Below are positions 49,816-59,935 of a DNA stretch of 64,000 bases, piece by piece. A model generated the notes under the pieces. It ran no database searches and was not told the DNA's origin. It saw only the letters and a list, made by a program, of their open reading frames with translations. The position numbers were made by a program, and so were the translations under genes. Source of the stretch: Acidobacteriota bacterium (GTDB lineage Bacteria; Acidobacteriota; UBA890; WLXD01). The stretch is taken from NCBI GenBank assembly GCA_965248695.1, contig CBDFKD010000002.1, forward strand, positions 3,232,001 through 3,296,000, in the 5' to 3' direction. Position 1 is the stretch's first letter. Every line of letters starts with the position of its first letter.

Positions 49816-51816
49816 GTGCATCGAACCCGTAAAGCCGTCTGCAATGGACCGCTGCGAGCGCTGGTCGCGAGTGCGCTTGCGACCGCCGCGCCCTCGAGCG
49901 CCGCGGCGCAGACACCGTCCGAGGAGCTCGACCGCATCGTGTCGACCGTCGTCGCGGACATTGACACACGGTCCGTTCGCGGTGGCGAAGCGACAATCAG
50001 CTGGCACACTGACGGGCCGGTTCTGAGCGTCGACCTGAAGCTCGCCGACGAGCTGGAACTGCCCATCGTCGAGCTCGCCCATCATCCCGAGGTTGATGGC
50101 GGCTGTACGACGGTTTCGCGCTTCGAGCACAGCCGACGCAACCGGCTCGGTGGACGATTTGCTGCCGTCGGCAATGATCCGTCGCTGGCGGTTGCCGAGC
50201 TGACCGCGGACGCGAGCGGCGCGCGCCACCTGCGGTTCGCGTATCGGCAGACACCCGACGGCGAGGCTCGGCTCCGCTTGAACCTCTACGACCCCGACCC
50301 CACCGATCACACGATCCACTACCTCGACGGTCGCGCCTTCGATTCGATCCGGTTCTGGATCAGGAATCCGGGCGGCAGCCCGGCCGTGGATATCGGCATC
50401 GCCGACGCAGCCGGCGACACGCCCATACACGTGGGCACGCTCGACGAGCTTGCTACTGCACACACGGGCGTCGAGTGGCGCCTGGTCTCGCTCCCCCTGC
50501 AGGAGATGTCACAGCTTCTCGACCGTAGCCGCCTGGCGACCCTCCACCTGCAACCGTCGCGGCCGGGCAGCGGCACCATCGAGATCGACAACCTCTCCCT
50601 TTGTCGCGGCAGCGCGGAGCCCGATCGCCCCGGCCGCACGAGCGCGCCAGCCATCGCTGGGAACGGGAAATCTCTCTGGGTTTGGCATACAAGCGACCTG
50701 ATGGTCGATGGGGCCGCGCTCCAGGAGCTGACGGCGATGGTGCGCCGGCGTGGGATCGACCGCGTGTACCTGCAGCTTCCGAGCGCGCTCACGCAGGCGG
50801 GGAGTAGTGCCGCCGACAATGTCGCGCTAGAAGCCGTGGGCGGCGCCACGCTGACGGCGTTGGAAGCCGTCATCGAGGCGCTGAACAAGGCTGGAGCCGC
50901 CGTCGACGCCCTGGACGGAGCTGCCAGCTTCGCCCTGCCCGAAAACCACGCTGCGGTCGAACGCGACGTCGCGGCGGTAATCCGTTACAACGAAGCCGCT
51001 CCCTCGGGAGCGCGGTTCGCCGGCCTGCACTACGACATCGAGCCCTACCTGCTACCGGGCTTCGGCACCGAGCTGCGGGTCGAGATCGTCGCCGGGTATC
51101 TGACGATATTGGAACGCATCGCGGCACTCGCCGCTCCGGCGAACTTGCGGTTCGAGGTGGCGATCCCGTTCTGGTTCGACTCGATCCGTATGCACCGACC
51201 GAGTACGGAAGTCGACGGGGGTCTCAGCTTCCGGGTGCTCAGCGACGCAGTCATCGACGTCGTCGACTCGGTAGCGATCATGGACTACCGCACCCGGGCT
51301 GACGGCACGAATGGCACCGTGGCACTGGCTGCGAGCGAGCTCGAGTACGCCTCCGAGCGCGGCAAGCGGGTTCGTATCGGTCTGGAGACCGGGTTTCTTC
51401 CAGATCAGGACTTGCTGCGCTTCGAGGGCGAGGGCGGTCGTGGGATGCCACACGGCGACTCGTCGCGGTCTTGGATTGTCGCCGGTACCTCCGCCGAGGG
51501 GGCACGGACATACGTCGTCCCGGCAGCGCAGCTGGCCCAACTCCCGGCCACGCTGCTCAACGACGGCATCGCGGCGGCCAGCGTGCGCCACTGGCAGGCC
51601 GCCAGGCCGGTGCGCGTCGACGCCCGCCGCCTGACGTTCCACGATGTCGGCATCGAGCGTATGCGGTCCGTGATCGAGGAATCCACCGACCAGATGCGAC
51701 GCTATGCCGCATTCGAGGGCTTCGCGATTCACTACGACCGACCCTATCGTCGCCTGCTGGACAGGGCCTCGGTGCCCACCGTGGACGACGACGGCCGGCA
51801 CCGCCGCCAGCGGTAG
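49816..51816 (+). CDS. Secreted protein: carbohydrate-binding-like domain plus putative glycoside-hydrolase TIM barrel
   Basis: Signal peptide; IRFWIR..EWR.VS.PL..IEIDNL beta-sandwich; SLWVW, GLHYDIEPY, IMDYR, IGLET, GFAIH. Confidence 0.6.
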   Translation: MHRTRKAVCNGPLRALVASALATAAPSSAAAQTPSEELDRIVSTVVADIDTRSVRGGEATISWHTDGPVLSVDLKLADELELPIVELAHHPEVDGGCTTVSRFEHSRRNRLGGRFAAVGNDPSLAVAELTADASGARHLRFAYRQTPDGEARLRLNLYDPDPTDHTIHYLDGRAFDSIRFWIRNPGGSPAVDIGIADAAGDTPIHVGTLDELATAHTGVEWRLVSLPLQEMSQLLDRSRLATLHLQPSRPGSGTIEIDNLSLCRGSAEPDRPGRTSAPAIAGNGKSLWVWHTSDLMVDGAALQELTAMVRRRGIDRVYLQLPSALTQAGSSAADNVALEAVGGATLTALEAVIEALNKAGAAVDALDGAASFALPENHAAVERDVAAVIRYNEAAPSGARFAGLHYDIEPYLLPGFGTELRVEIVAGYLTILERIAALAAPANLRFEVAIPFWFDSIRMHRPSTEVDGGLSFRVLSDAVIDVVDSVAIMDYRTRADGTNGTVALAASELEYASERGKRVRIGLETGFLPDQDLLRFEGEGGRGMPHGDSSRSWIVAGTSAEGARTYVVPAAQLAQLPATLLNDGIAAASVRHWQAARPVRVDARRLTFHDVGIERMRSVIEESTDQMRRYAAFEGFAIHYDRPYRRLLDRASVPTVDDDGRHRRQR

Positions 51817-51950
51817 GGCTGGCGAGGCGTGCTTCGCGCGTCGATCCGATGCTGACCATGCGCGAGAGCTGACGCACAGCGGCATGAATCGACTTCCGGG
51901 GTTAGGATGGGCCCCTCTACTGCCCTCCAACGCACGGAAAGCGAGATCCG

Positions 51951-53063
51951 ATGTCGACCACCCCGACCTTGGAGCCGGAGCTGGAAGGCCGCGTCGCCGC
52001 GGCCCGCGCGGCGCTCGATGAGCAGGTCCGCAGCATTGTCGCCTGGCACTTCGACCCCGCCACCGGCTGCCCGTTTTGGTTGCAGTGGGCCGGCGAGCAG
52101 GACTGGGATCCGCGCGACGTCATCGGCGGCTTCGCCGACCTGGTGAAGTTCGGTCACTTTCAGGACGAATGGTTGCGCGGCGGCCCGGTGCGGCGCTGGG
52201 TGCCGAAAGCGTACGCCGATCGCCCGGTGTTCACCTTCGAGACCGGTGGCACCACGGGCACGCCGAAGAGCCGCATCAACATCGACGACTTCCGCGTCGA
52301 CTACGAGCTCTTCTCCGACACGCTCCCGGAGGAACACTTCCCGCCCGGCGCCAACTGGCTGATGCTCGGTCCCAGCGGCCCTCGTCGCCTGCGACTCGCG
52401 GTCGAGCACCTGGCACATCATCGCGGCGGCATCTGCTTCTGCGTCGATCTAGACCCGCGCTGGGTGATCAAGCTCATCAGGAAGGGTTGGGCCGAGCACC
52501 TCAAGGCCTACCAGGAGCACGTCATCGACCAGGCGGTCACCATCCTGGAGTCGAACCACGAGATCCGTTGCCTGTTCAGCACCCCGAAGCTGCTCGAAGC
52601 GCTGGCGCTGCGGCTCGAGGACAAGGGCACGACGATTCGAGAGGCGGGCATCACCGGCATCTTCTCGGGCGGCACCGAGTTCACCCCGCAGTGGAATCGC
52701 TTCGCGCACGAGGAGCTGCTCGACGGCGCCTACATGACCCCGACCTACGGCAACACGCTCATGGGTCTGGCGGCGAGCTCGCCGAGCGGACCACACAACG
52801 GCTACAAGATCACCTACTACGCGCCGCAGCCGCGCGCGGCCGTGCAGGTCGTCGATCCCGACGACGCTACCCAGCTGGTGCCCTACGGCGAGACCGGACG
52901 CGTGATGCTGACCACGCTCACCAAGGAGTTCTTCATGCCGCGCTTCCTGGAGCGCGACGAGGGCGAGCGCGAGCTGCCCTACGAGAGCTACCCCTGGGAC
53001 GGCGTCAGCGGCGTGCGACCCTTTGCGCGCATCGCCAAGTCGACCACCGTGGGCGTGTACTGA
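51951..53063 (+). CDS. ANL-superfamily adenylating enzyme, EhpF/LuxE/PaaK-like
   Basis: WHFDP.TG.PFW, P-loop FETGGTTGTPK, YGNT, VPYGETGRV..T.L, P..LERD. Confidence 0.75.
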   Translation: MSTTPTLEPELEGRVAAARAALDEQVRSIVAWHFDPATGCPFWLQWAGEQDWDPRDVIGGFADLVKFGHFQDEWLRGGPVRRWVPKAYADRPVFTFETGGTTGTPKSRINIDDFRVDYELFSDTLPEEHFPPGANWLMLGPSGPRRLRLAVEHLAHHRGGICFCVDLDPRWVIKLIRKGWAEHLKAYQEHVIDQAVTILESNHEIRCLFSTPKLLEALALRLEDKGTTIREAGITGIFSGGTEFTPQWNRFAHEELLDGAYMTPTYGNTLMGLAASSPSGPHNGYKITYYAPQPRAAVQVVDPDDATQLVPYGETGRVMLTTLTKEFFMPRFLERDEGERELPYESYPWDGVSGVRPFARIAKSTTVGVY

Positions 53064-53106
53064 TCCGCGATCAACCGACGACACCCACAACCCGAGCTGC
53101 CTGACA

Positions 53107-54525
53107 ATGATTCACTTTCCCGTCCTTCGCTGGGGCGAGCCTTACGAGAGCCTCGAGACCGAGGAGGTCGTCCACTTCGCCACCGGTGAGCCCGTTGCCC
53201 GGGTCAGCCAGGCGAGCCAGGGGATGGTGGCGCGCGACATGCGCAAGGCGCAGCGGGCGCGCAACGTTCTGCGCGAGGTGGCACCGGCCGACCTGCTGAC
53301 CATGGCCAAGAAAGCCGGCGAGCTGTTCATGACCGCCGACCTGCCGCTCGGCGACGGCACCCAGTCGCCCGACGACTTCGTGCTGCAGCAATCCGCCACC
53401 ACCGGCCTGTCCGAGCACATGTGCCGCATGAACATGGACAAGCTGCGCTTCGTACTCGACCACATGGACGAGATCCTCGAGTCGCTCACCCGCCATCTGG
53501 ATCTGGATATCCTGGCGCGCGGCTTCGGCGAGGAGGGCGGCGTCATGCGCAGCTACCAGGCGACCACCGACGCCTTGGGCATGGTGCTGCCATCGAACTC
53601 TCCCGGCGTGCACACCCTCTGGCTGCCGATCATTCCGCTGCAGATCGGACTCGTGCTCAAGCCAGGTCCGCAGGAGCCCTGGACACCGTGGCGCATGTCG
53701 CAAGCGTTCTTCGCCGCCGGCGTACCGCGCCAGGCGATCGCCGTTTACCCGGGGGGCCCCGATGTCGGCGCCGGGGTGCTCAACAACACCCAGCGCAGCC
53801 TCATCTTCGGCGGCCTGCCGACGGTCGAGCAGTACCGCGGCAACCACGGCGTGCAGGTGCACGGCCCCGGCTTCAGCAAGATCCTCTTCGGCGACGACAT
53901 GGTCGATGATTGGGAGCAGCACCTCGACCTGATGGTTGACTCGGTGCTGGTGAACTCCGGTCGCTCGTGCATCAACTGCTCGGGCATCTGGGCGTCACGT
54001 CATACACGCGAGATTGCCGCCGCCCTGGCCTCACGACTGGCCGCCGTCGAGGCCCTTCCGCCCGACAACGACGACGCCGAGCTGGCGGCGTTCACCGTCC
54101 CCGGACAGGCCAAGGCGATCTCCGAGGACATCGACGCCAATCTCGATTCCGACGGTGTGGAAGACATCACGGCGCCGTACCGCGACGCCGGCCGACTGGT
54201 GCAACAAGAGCGCTGCGACTACCTGCTACCGACGGTGGTCCACTGCGACTCGGCCGAGCGCGCCATGGCGGGCAAGGAGTACATGTTCCCCTTCGTGACC
54301 GTGGTCGAGTGTCCCCAGGAGCAGATGATCGGCGCCATCGGCGACACCCTCGTGGCCAGCGCCATCACCGAGGACGAGGCTTTCCGACAGCGCCTCCTGG
54401 ACGCCCACAACATCGATCGGCTCAACTTCGGAGCCATCCCGACGATCCAGCTCAACTGGCTGCAGCCGCACGAAGGCAACATCGTCGACTTTCTCTACCG
54501 GGCACGGGCTTTCCAAAGCGCCTGA
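53107..54525 (+). CDS. Aldehyde dehydrogenase-fold protein, LuxC/EhpG-like acyl reductase
   Basis: VLPSNSPGVH, LKPG, IFGG, VHGPGFSK in place of ELGG, NSGRSCINCS catalytic Cys, EYMFP. Confidence 0.75.
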   Translation: MIHFPVLRWGEPYESLETEEVVHFATGEPVARVSQASQGMVARDMRKAQRARNVLREVAPADLLTMAKKAGELFMTADLPLGDGTQSPDDFVLQQSATTGLSEHMCRMNMDKLRFVLDHMDEILESLTRHLDLDILARGFGEEGGVMRSYQATTDALGMVLPSNSPGVHTLWLPIIPLQIGLVLKPGPQEPWTPWRMSQAFFAAGVPRQAIAVYPGGPDVGAGVLNNTQRSLIFGGLPTVEQYRGNHGVQVHGPGFSKILFGDDMVDDWEQHLDLMVDSVLVNSGRSCINCSGIWASRHTREIAAALASRLAAVEALPPDNDDAELAAFTVPGQAKAISEDIDANLDSDGVEDITAPYRDAGRLVQQERCDYLLPTVVHCDSAERAMAGKEYMFPFVTVVECPQEQMIGAIGDTLVASAITEDEAFRQRLLDAHNIDRLNFGAIPTIQLNWLQPHEGNIVDFLYRARAFQSA

Positions 54526-54569
54526 ACACGTGGTCGCGGGTGACCATCCCGAGTACAAAGCCGAACCGT

Positions 54570-54965
54570 CTATTGACTCGCGAGCACATCCACCAGGTTC
54601 GACTCGATGATCTTCTTGTCGGCGGTGACCAGCGTCAGATCGAGCGCCCGGGCCGTAGCCACCAGGATCCGATCTCCTGGGTCGCGAGATCGGAGTTTCA
54701 GGGTCGGCATCTCTAGCGCTACGACGCGCGAAAACCTCGCGTCCCGCATGGGAGTGCGGCGTAAGGCATCTTCCATCCACTCTCTCGGCGTAGGGGGAAA
54801 CTGCATTCGCCCGCGATCGGCAAGGAGCGTTGCCTCCCAGATCGAAGCCGGCGACAGCCAGAGCTCGGTGGCAGGTGAGACTAGAGCACTGCGTACCGAC
54901 TCACCGAGCCGCTCGGGTGCCAAGTGCGCCCAGAGCCAGATGTGGGTGTCGAGCAGCAGCTTCAC
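54570..54965 (-). CDS. vapC: VapC PIN-domain toxin
   Basis: MKLLLDTHIWLW, S.ASIWE, DPGDR.LVATA, LVTAD. Confidence 0.93.
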   Translation of the reverse strand: MKLLLDTHIWLWAHLAPERLGESVRSALVSPATELWLSPASIWEATLLADRGRMQFPPTPREWMEDALRRTPMRDARFSRVVALEMPTLKLRSRDPGDRILVATARALDLTLVTADKKIIESNLVDVLASQ

Positions 54966-55231
54966 TCGCGCGCTACGTCCCAGTCGTCGAGATCGCCGAT
55001 AGGTCCGACAATGTCGCCCAGGATCCGAGCCGTTCCCCGCATGTCGCCCAACCAGTCGTCGGCTCGGCGGAATGGGTCTACCGGAACCACCTTTGCCACC
55101 GGTGCTCCGAATCGAGTCACCAGCACCGGCTGCCCCGTGTGTCGTACTTTTTCCATCACGGCAAGGCAGGTGGCTTTGAACTTCGAGATCGCGATTTCTT
55201 CGATGTGATCTTCCTTCGCGTCTTCGTACAT
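54962..55231 (-). CDS. Phd/YefM-family antitoxin
   Basis: ISKFKATCL.V...V..TG..V.VTR.G.PVAK; 4 bp overlap with vapC. Confidence 0.9.
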   Translation of the reverse strand: MYEDAKEDHIEEIAISKFKATCLAVMEKVRHTGQPVLVTRFGAPVAKVVPVDPFRRADDWLGDMRGTARILGDIVGPIGDLDDWDVARE

Positions 55232-55253
55232 CGAGTCAATGTAACATGAACTC

Positions 55254-55272
55254 ACCATAGTCTGACTATGGT
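55254..55272. promoter_or_regulatory. TA autorepression operator ACCATAGTC-T-GACTATGGT
   Basis: Perfect 9-1-9 palindrome 23 bp upstream of the antitoxin ATG. Confidence 0.75.
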
Positions 55273-55360
55273 CGATCGTTGGCCGAGAAATGAGCACGGG
55301 AATGTCTCACTGCTGCAAACCCGGGCGCCGCTCCGGTTCCGAGGGGAACGCGCGGATGCC

Positions 55361-58300
55361 TCAGTCCGGAGTCGACAGCAGCCGTTCCAATTGATCTAGA
55401 TGGCCGTCGAGCTCGGCTTTCAATTCCTCGTGGCGGGCGATCGCATCGCCGCTGGGGCGTTGATCGGCGCGATTGAGGTTGTCGTAGAGGTACTGCAGCT
55501 GGTTGACCAGCATGACCGGTGTGTAGCGACGTGGTGAATCCACTAGCGCGCACCGGATTTCCAGCAGTTCCGGCGGGATCTCGTCGCCCCGCTTCGCGAT
55601 TGCCTCCCGGAGGCGGTCGACGGCCAGGTTGGCGGCGCTGTATGTGTCGCGTACGCGCAACGACAGCCCCGCCTGGGCGCGAACGTCGGCGACCGAGATA
55701 CCCTCGGCGGCAACGCGCGGATCCATCACCACCTCCAGCTCGACACTCGCCAACCAATCCCCCTGCGACATTCGCGCGGTGTAGCTGCCGGGAGGGACCA
55801 TCGGACCGCCCTGCCCAGAGCGACGACGGCCGGCGGCGGCGTACCAGGGCCCCGGATAGCGTAGATTCCATACATACCGATGCAATCCGGCACTCTTGTC
55901 GAGCCGTGCGGTGCCGGCGCGCTCGAGTCGCCACTCGCGCATGCCAGGCTCCGCCACGACGACCGTCTCGCCGGGGTCGGCGCTCGACAGCCGGCGGATG
56001 ACCCGACCTCGAGCATCGAGGATCTCAAGTATCAGGTCGCCCTGCGGCTCGTGCGCCAGCCAGTAGTCGATGCTGGCGCCCGGGCGCGGATACTGCGGGT
56101 CGGCGGGACGCCGTTGGCGGGACGAGAACCCGCCGCCGCCGCGAAATCGGACCGCGTCACGCACGGCGAACAGATGCGCCGGCGCCCCCACCACAGCGTC
56201 GCTGATCTCGCGCAGCGGCGTGAGGTTGTACAGAATCCAGAAGCTGCGACCCATGGTCGAGAAAACCAAGTCGCCATCGAGAACCTTGATGTCGGTCACC
56301 GGCACCGCCGGCAAGTTCAGCTGCAGGGATTGCCACTGCGCTCCATCGTCGAACGACACGAACATGCCGAACTCGGTGCCGGCGTAGAGCAGCCCCTCAC
56401 GAACCGGATCCTCGCGCACGACGCGCACCGGATGATCGGCCGGAATGCCGTTGTCGCCTGTCGTGATGCGCCTCCAGCTGGCGCCGTAGTCGCCGGTGCG
56501 GAAAACGTAGGGGCCGAAATCGCCCATCTGGTACAGCAACACGGATGCGTAGGCCTTGGCAGGGTCGTGCGGTGACACCTCGATGGTCTGCACACGGCCA
56601 TAGCGCCCGAGCTCGCTGGGGGTAACGTCCTGCCAGCTGGAGCCGCCGTCACGCGTCACGTGGATCGGTCCATCGTTGGCGCCGGCCCAGATGACGCCGT
56701 ACTCGTGCGGGCTTTCCTGCACCTCGTACAACACGCTGAAGTGCTCCTCGCCGGTGACGTCGAGTGTGATCGGCGAGCCTGAGACCACCTGGGTCTCGGG
56801 ATCGAACGCGGTGAGGTCGGGCGAGATCGTCTGCCAGGTAACGCCACCGTCCTCGGTCACGTGCAGGTACTGCGAGGCGTGATAGACGCGATCCGGATCG
56901 TGCGGCGACACGTGGACCGGCACGGTGCGCTGGAATCGATACGGCAGGTCCTTGGGGTTGCGGCCATAGAGGTTCCAGTAGCCGACGTAGTAATGCTGCT
57001 CCTGGCCGGTGCGCCGATTGAACACCCCGAAGCGGCCTTTGCAGTTGGCGTAGACGATGTCGGGATCGCCCGGCTTCGGCACCGCCGGGCCGGTCTCACA
57101 ACCGCCGTGCTCCTGCCAGTACGCCTGCTGGCCGCCGGCGCGGTTGCTCAACGGCAGGCTGGGAACCGAGATCGTGCTGTTGTCCTGCTGCCCGGCGAAC
57201 AATCGGTACGGGAACTCGTCGGACACATCCACCTGGTACAGCTCGGCTGTGGGCTGATTGGTCTGCGTCGACCAGGTCGCACCGCCGTCGCGCGTGATGT
57301 TGGCGCCGCCATCGTTGCTCTGTATCCACAGGTCCGGGTCGGCAGGACTCACCCACAGGTCGTGGTTGTCGCCGTGCGGTACACGGCGGGACGTCCAGGT
57401 CTGGCCGCCGTCCTCGGATTGGTAGAAACCCTCCGCCATGCCCCACAGCCGATCGGCGTTGGTAGGGTCGGCGTGCAGGTTGCAGTAGTAGAACGGCCGG
57501 TTGCGGATGGGCTGAAAGTCAGTCACCTGTGCCCAGGTCTCACCGCGATCGTCGGACCGGTAGACGCCGCCGGCCGACTCAGGCGCCTCGATCAGCACGT
57601 AGACGCGCTCCGGGGCGGCGGCGGACACCGCGAGATCGGACTTTCCGCGCAGCCCTGTAGGCAGACCATCGGTGAGGCGACGCCAGCTATCGCCGCCGTC
57701 GTCCGATTTGAAGACCCCACCCTCCATGCCGCCCGACAGGATCGTCCAGGGCTTGCGCTCGGTCTCCCACATGCTGGCGTAGACGGTCTCGGGCTGGCCC
57801 GGCGCGAACTCCAGGTCGACTGCGCCGGTCTTGTCGGAAACGAAGAGCACATGCTCCCAGCTGCTGCCGCCGTCGCGGCTGCGGTAGATGCCACGCTCGG
57901 GGTTGGGGGCGAACGGATTGCCGATGGCGGCCACGTAGACGATGTCGGGGTTTCCGGGATGAATCAGCACCGAGCCGGTGTTGCCGGTGTCCTCGAGGCC
58001 GATATGGGTCCACGTGGCCCCGGCGTCGGTCGATTTGTAGACCCCCTTACCGATGATGACGTTGCTACGCAGGCCGTCGGAGCCGGTCGAGACGTAGAGG
58101 ATGTCGGGACTCGACTCGGCCACCGCGATCGCGCCAATGGAGCCGGTGGCAAAGACACCGTCGGAGATCGGAAACCAGTCGTGGCCGTAGTCGGTGGTTT
58201 TCCACACCCCACCGCCGCTGGCGCCCATGTAGAAGGTCCCCGGCTGCGCGCGGTGACCGGCCACCGCCGTCACTCGACCGCCGCGCGAGGGCCCGACCAT

Positions 58301-58444
58301 GTGGTACCGCAGGCCGGACAGCATCGACTCCGGAACCGGACCATCCGGAGACACCGGCGCTGACCGGGCATGGGCGCCGCTCGGCCCGGCAGTCAGCCCG
58401 GCAACTAGAAGGATGGCCAACGGAATCGCCGACTTACCGCGCAT
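55361..58444 (-). CDS. Secreted BNR/Asp-box (VPS10/sortilin-like) glycosyl hydrolase
   Basis: GPSRGGRVTAV, many S.D.G.TW Asp-boxes, HGDNHDLW, QDN, GLLYAGTE.G.F.SFD.G..WQ, C-terminal helical tail. Confidence 0.88.
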   Translation of the reverse strand: MRGKSAIPLAILLVAGLTAGPSGAHARSAPVSPDGPVPESMLSGLRYHMVGPSRGGRVTAVAGHRAQPGTFYMGASGGGVWKTTDYGHDWFPISDGVFATGSIGAIAVAESSPDILYVSTGSDGLRSNVIIGKGVYKSTDAGATWTHIGLEDTGNTGSVLIHPGNPDIVYVAAIGNPFAPNPERGIYRSRDGGSSWEHVLFVSDKTGAVDLEFAPGQPETVYASMWETERKPWTILSGGMEGGVFKSDDGGDSWRRLTDGLPTGLRGKSDLAVSAAAPERVYVLIEAPESAGGVYRSDDRGETWAQVTDFQPIRNRPFYYCNLHADPTNADRLWGMAEGFYQSEDGGQTWTSRRVPHGDNHDLWVSPADPDLWIQSNDGGANITRDGGATWSTQTNQPTAELYQVDVSDEFPYRLFAGQQDNSTISVPSLPLSNRAGGQQAYWQEHGGCETGPAVPKPGDPDIVYANCKGRFGVFNRRTGQEQHYYVGYWNLYGRNPKDLPYRFQRTVPVHVSPHDPDRVYHASQYLHVTEDGGVTWQTISPDLTAFDPETQVVSGSPITLDVTGEEHFSVLYEVQESPHEYGVIWAGANDGPIHVTRDGGSSWQDVTPSELGRYGRVQTIEVSPHDPAKAYASVLLYQMGDFGPYVFRTGDYGASWRRITTGDNGIPADHPVRVVREDPVREGLLYAGTEFGMFVSFDDGAQWQSLQLNLPAVPVTDIKVLDGDLVFSTMGRSFWILYNLTPLREISDAVVGAPAHLFAVRDAVRFRGGGGFSSRQRRPADPQYPRPGASIDYWLAHEPQGDLILEILDARGRVIRRLSSADPGETVVVAEPGMREWRLERAGTARLDKSAGLHRYVWNLRYPGPWYAAAGRRRSGQGGPMVPPGSYTARMSQGDWLASVELEVVMDPRVAAEGISVADVRAQAGLSLRVRDTYSAANLAVDRLREAIAKRGDEIPPELLEIRCALVDSPRRYTPVMLVNQLQYLYDNLNRADQRPSGDAIARHEELKAELDGHLDQLERLLSTPD

Positions 58445-58657
58445 GGGGATCTCCGCGACGCCAGGTGCGAGGCACCCTCGTCGACTGTTTGTGGTGTACG
58501 GCTGGACTCAGATGACCTCAGGCGGCCCTCATTCTGCCAGCTATGCCGCCGTGTTCGTTCACACCGTCGGTTTTCACTGTTCACCGTCTTGTATTGGTGC
58601 CACCAACCGGATTCAATACCGCTGGGCTAAATCCGTGGGGGATTGGAGCGCTACAGA

Positions 58658-59071
58658 ATGGAAATGAAGACTCAATCGCCCCCGAAGTCCGGCCCTCGCC
58701 CGGTTGATGTCGACGCCGAGCCCTGCACACTCGGCCGCGAGGTCAACTTCAAAGGGACCCTCGAGGCCACCGAAGACCTGACCATTCTCGGTCGTGTCGA
58801 AGGCAAGATCCTGGCCAAGGGTGCTCTCATCATCGGTAAGGAAGCCAACGCCACCGCTACCGTCGAGGGCAAGCGAATCCTGGTTCTCGGCCGCGTGAAG
58901 GGCAACATTCGCGGCACCGAGCGCATCGAGCTCGGTCCCACAGCGACCGTCTATGGCGACGTCGCGGCGCCGGTGATCCAGATCTCCGAAGGGGCTCAGT
59001 TCGAGGGGCGCGTGCACCGTCCCGGCAAAACCGACACGGGCCGCGTTATCGGACGTCTACTGGGACGCTGA
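58658..59071 (+). CDS. Bactofilin (polymer-forming cytoskeletal protein)
   Basis: LG..V.FKG.L...EDL.I.G.VEG.I, V.G.V.GNI...ERIEL..TA.V.GDV....I.I.EGA.FEG; start uncertain. Confidence 0.92.
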   Translation: MEMKTQSPPKSGPRPVDVDAEPCTLGREVNFKGTLEATEDLTILGRVEGKILAKGALIIGKEANATATVEGKRILVLGRVKGNIRGTERIELGPTATVYGDVAAPVIQISEGAQFEGRVHRPGKTDTGRVIGRLLGR

Positions 59072-59819
59072 GACCCGGCCGCTCCGGGACAGAGTGCTCC
59101 GGCACCGAGCCTCCCCAGCGGGCGTAGATGAGCTCTGCCAGCCGACCGAAGTCGTCGAGTGACTTCGGGTCGGCGGGGATCTCACGCCCCCAGGAAGCCT
59201 GCGCCAGCGTGGCGTTGGTCCGGATCGGCGGAGCGAGGATATGGGCGCACTCCGTCCGCAGGTCGGCCACGGCACGATCCGAGCTGGACGTGCGACGGTC
59301 ATACATCGTCGGTACGACGTAGTCGGGTTCGCGCCCGAGCGTGTCTTCAACCGCCTGCCACGTCCGCCCCAGAGCCGCCAGCGGTAAGTAGCCGCCGTCG
59401 ACCGACACCGGCACGATGATCTCCGGTCGGCCGGCGCGGAGAAACGCCTCCGAGAGACCGCTCGCACCCGCCGCGGTATCGACGATCATCATGTCGGCGG
59501 GAATCTCCTTGGCGTAGGGCGGAATCTCACTCGCTGTTCGGCGTGCGATGAGGTCCAGCATCACCGGGTCGCCAGTGGGCACCACATGCAACCCGTCGCG
59601 GATGGAAATAGCGGCGAAGCGGGGGTTGAGCGTCCCCACCGGGGTCTCGGCCAGCCCACGCCGTCCCTGGAGGCTGAACCAGCTAGTCAAGCTTCCCTGC
59701 GGATCGGCGTCGCACACCACCGCCCGATAGCCGTGACGTGCGAACGCAGCCGCCAGACCGCAGGCGAGCGTCGTCTTGCCGACCCCACCCTTGCTGTTGA
59801 AAACAACGAAACGTCGCAC
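59046..59819 (-). CDS. ParA/Soj-family ATPase
   Basis: Deviant Walker A NSKGGVGKTT, DADPQGSLT, IVDT, PTMYDRRT, IR.N..LAQA. Confidence 0.88.
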   Translation of the reverse strand: MRRFVVFNSKGGVGKTTLACGLAAAFARHGYRAVVCDADPQGSLTSWFSLQGRRGLAETPVGTLNPRFAAISIRDGLHVVPTGDPVMLDLIARRTASEIPPYAKEIPADMMIVDTAAGASGLSEAFLRAGRPEIIVPVSVDGGYLPLAALGRTWQAVEDTLGREPDYVVPTMYDRRTSSSDRAVADLRTECAHILAPPIRTNATLAQASWGREIPADPKSLDDFGRLAELIYARWGGSVPEHSVPERPGLSVPVDVR

Positions 59820-59935
59820 CAGATCCTCGCCTCGGACGCGCGGCGACGCGCTTTGGCGTCGGGCTGCCAACGGTCAGGGGGCGCCTATTGTCGGCGATCC
59901 CGGTCGGGCTTGTCGAGGGGGTCGCCGCTACGCGC

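Noticed and set aside
42858-54525. Bioluminescence (lux) system from a luciferase-like gene plus LuxE- and LuxC-like genes
   Set aside because: The single LLM gene is embedded in the betaine operon and looks TgnB-like; it is 8 kb from the other pair, and there is no luxAB pair or luxD
51951-54525. Phenazine biosynthetic cluster
   Set aside because: No phzA-G homologues in the window
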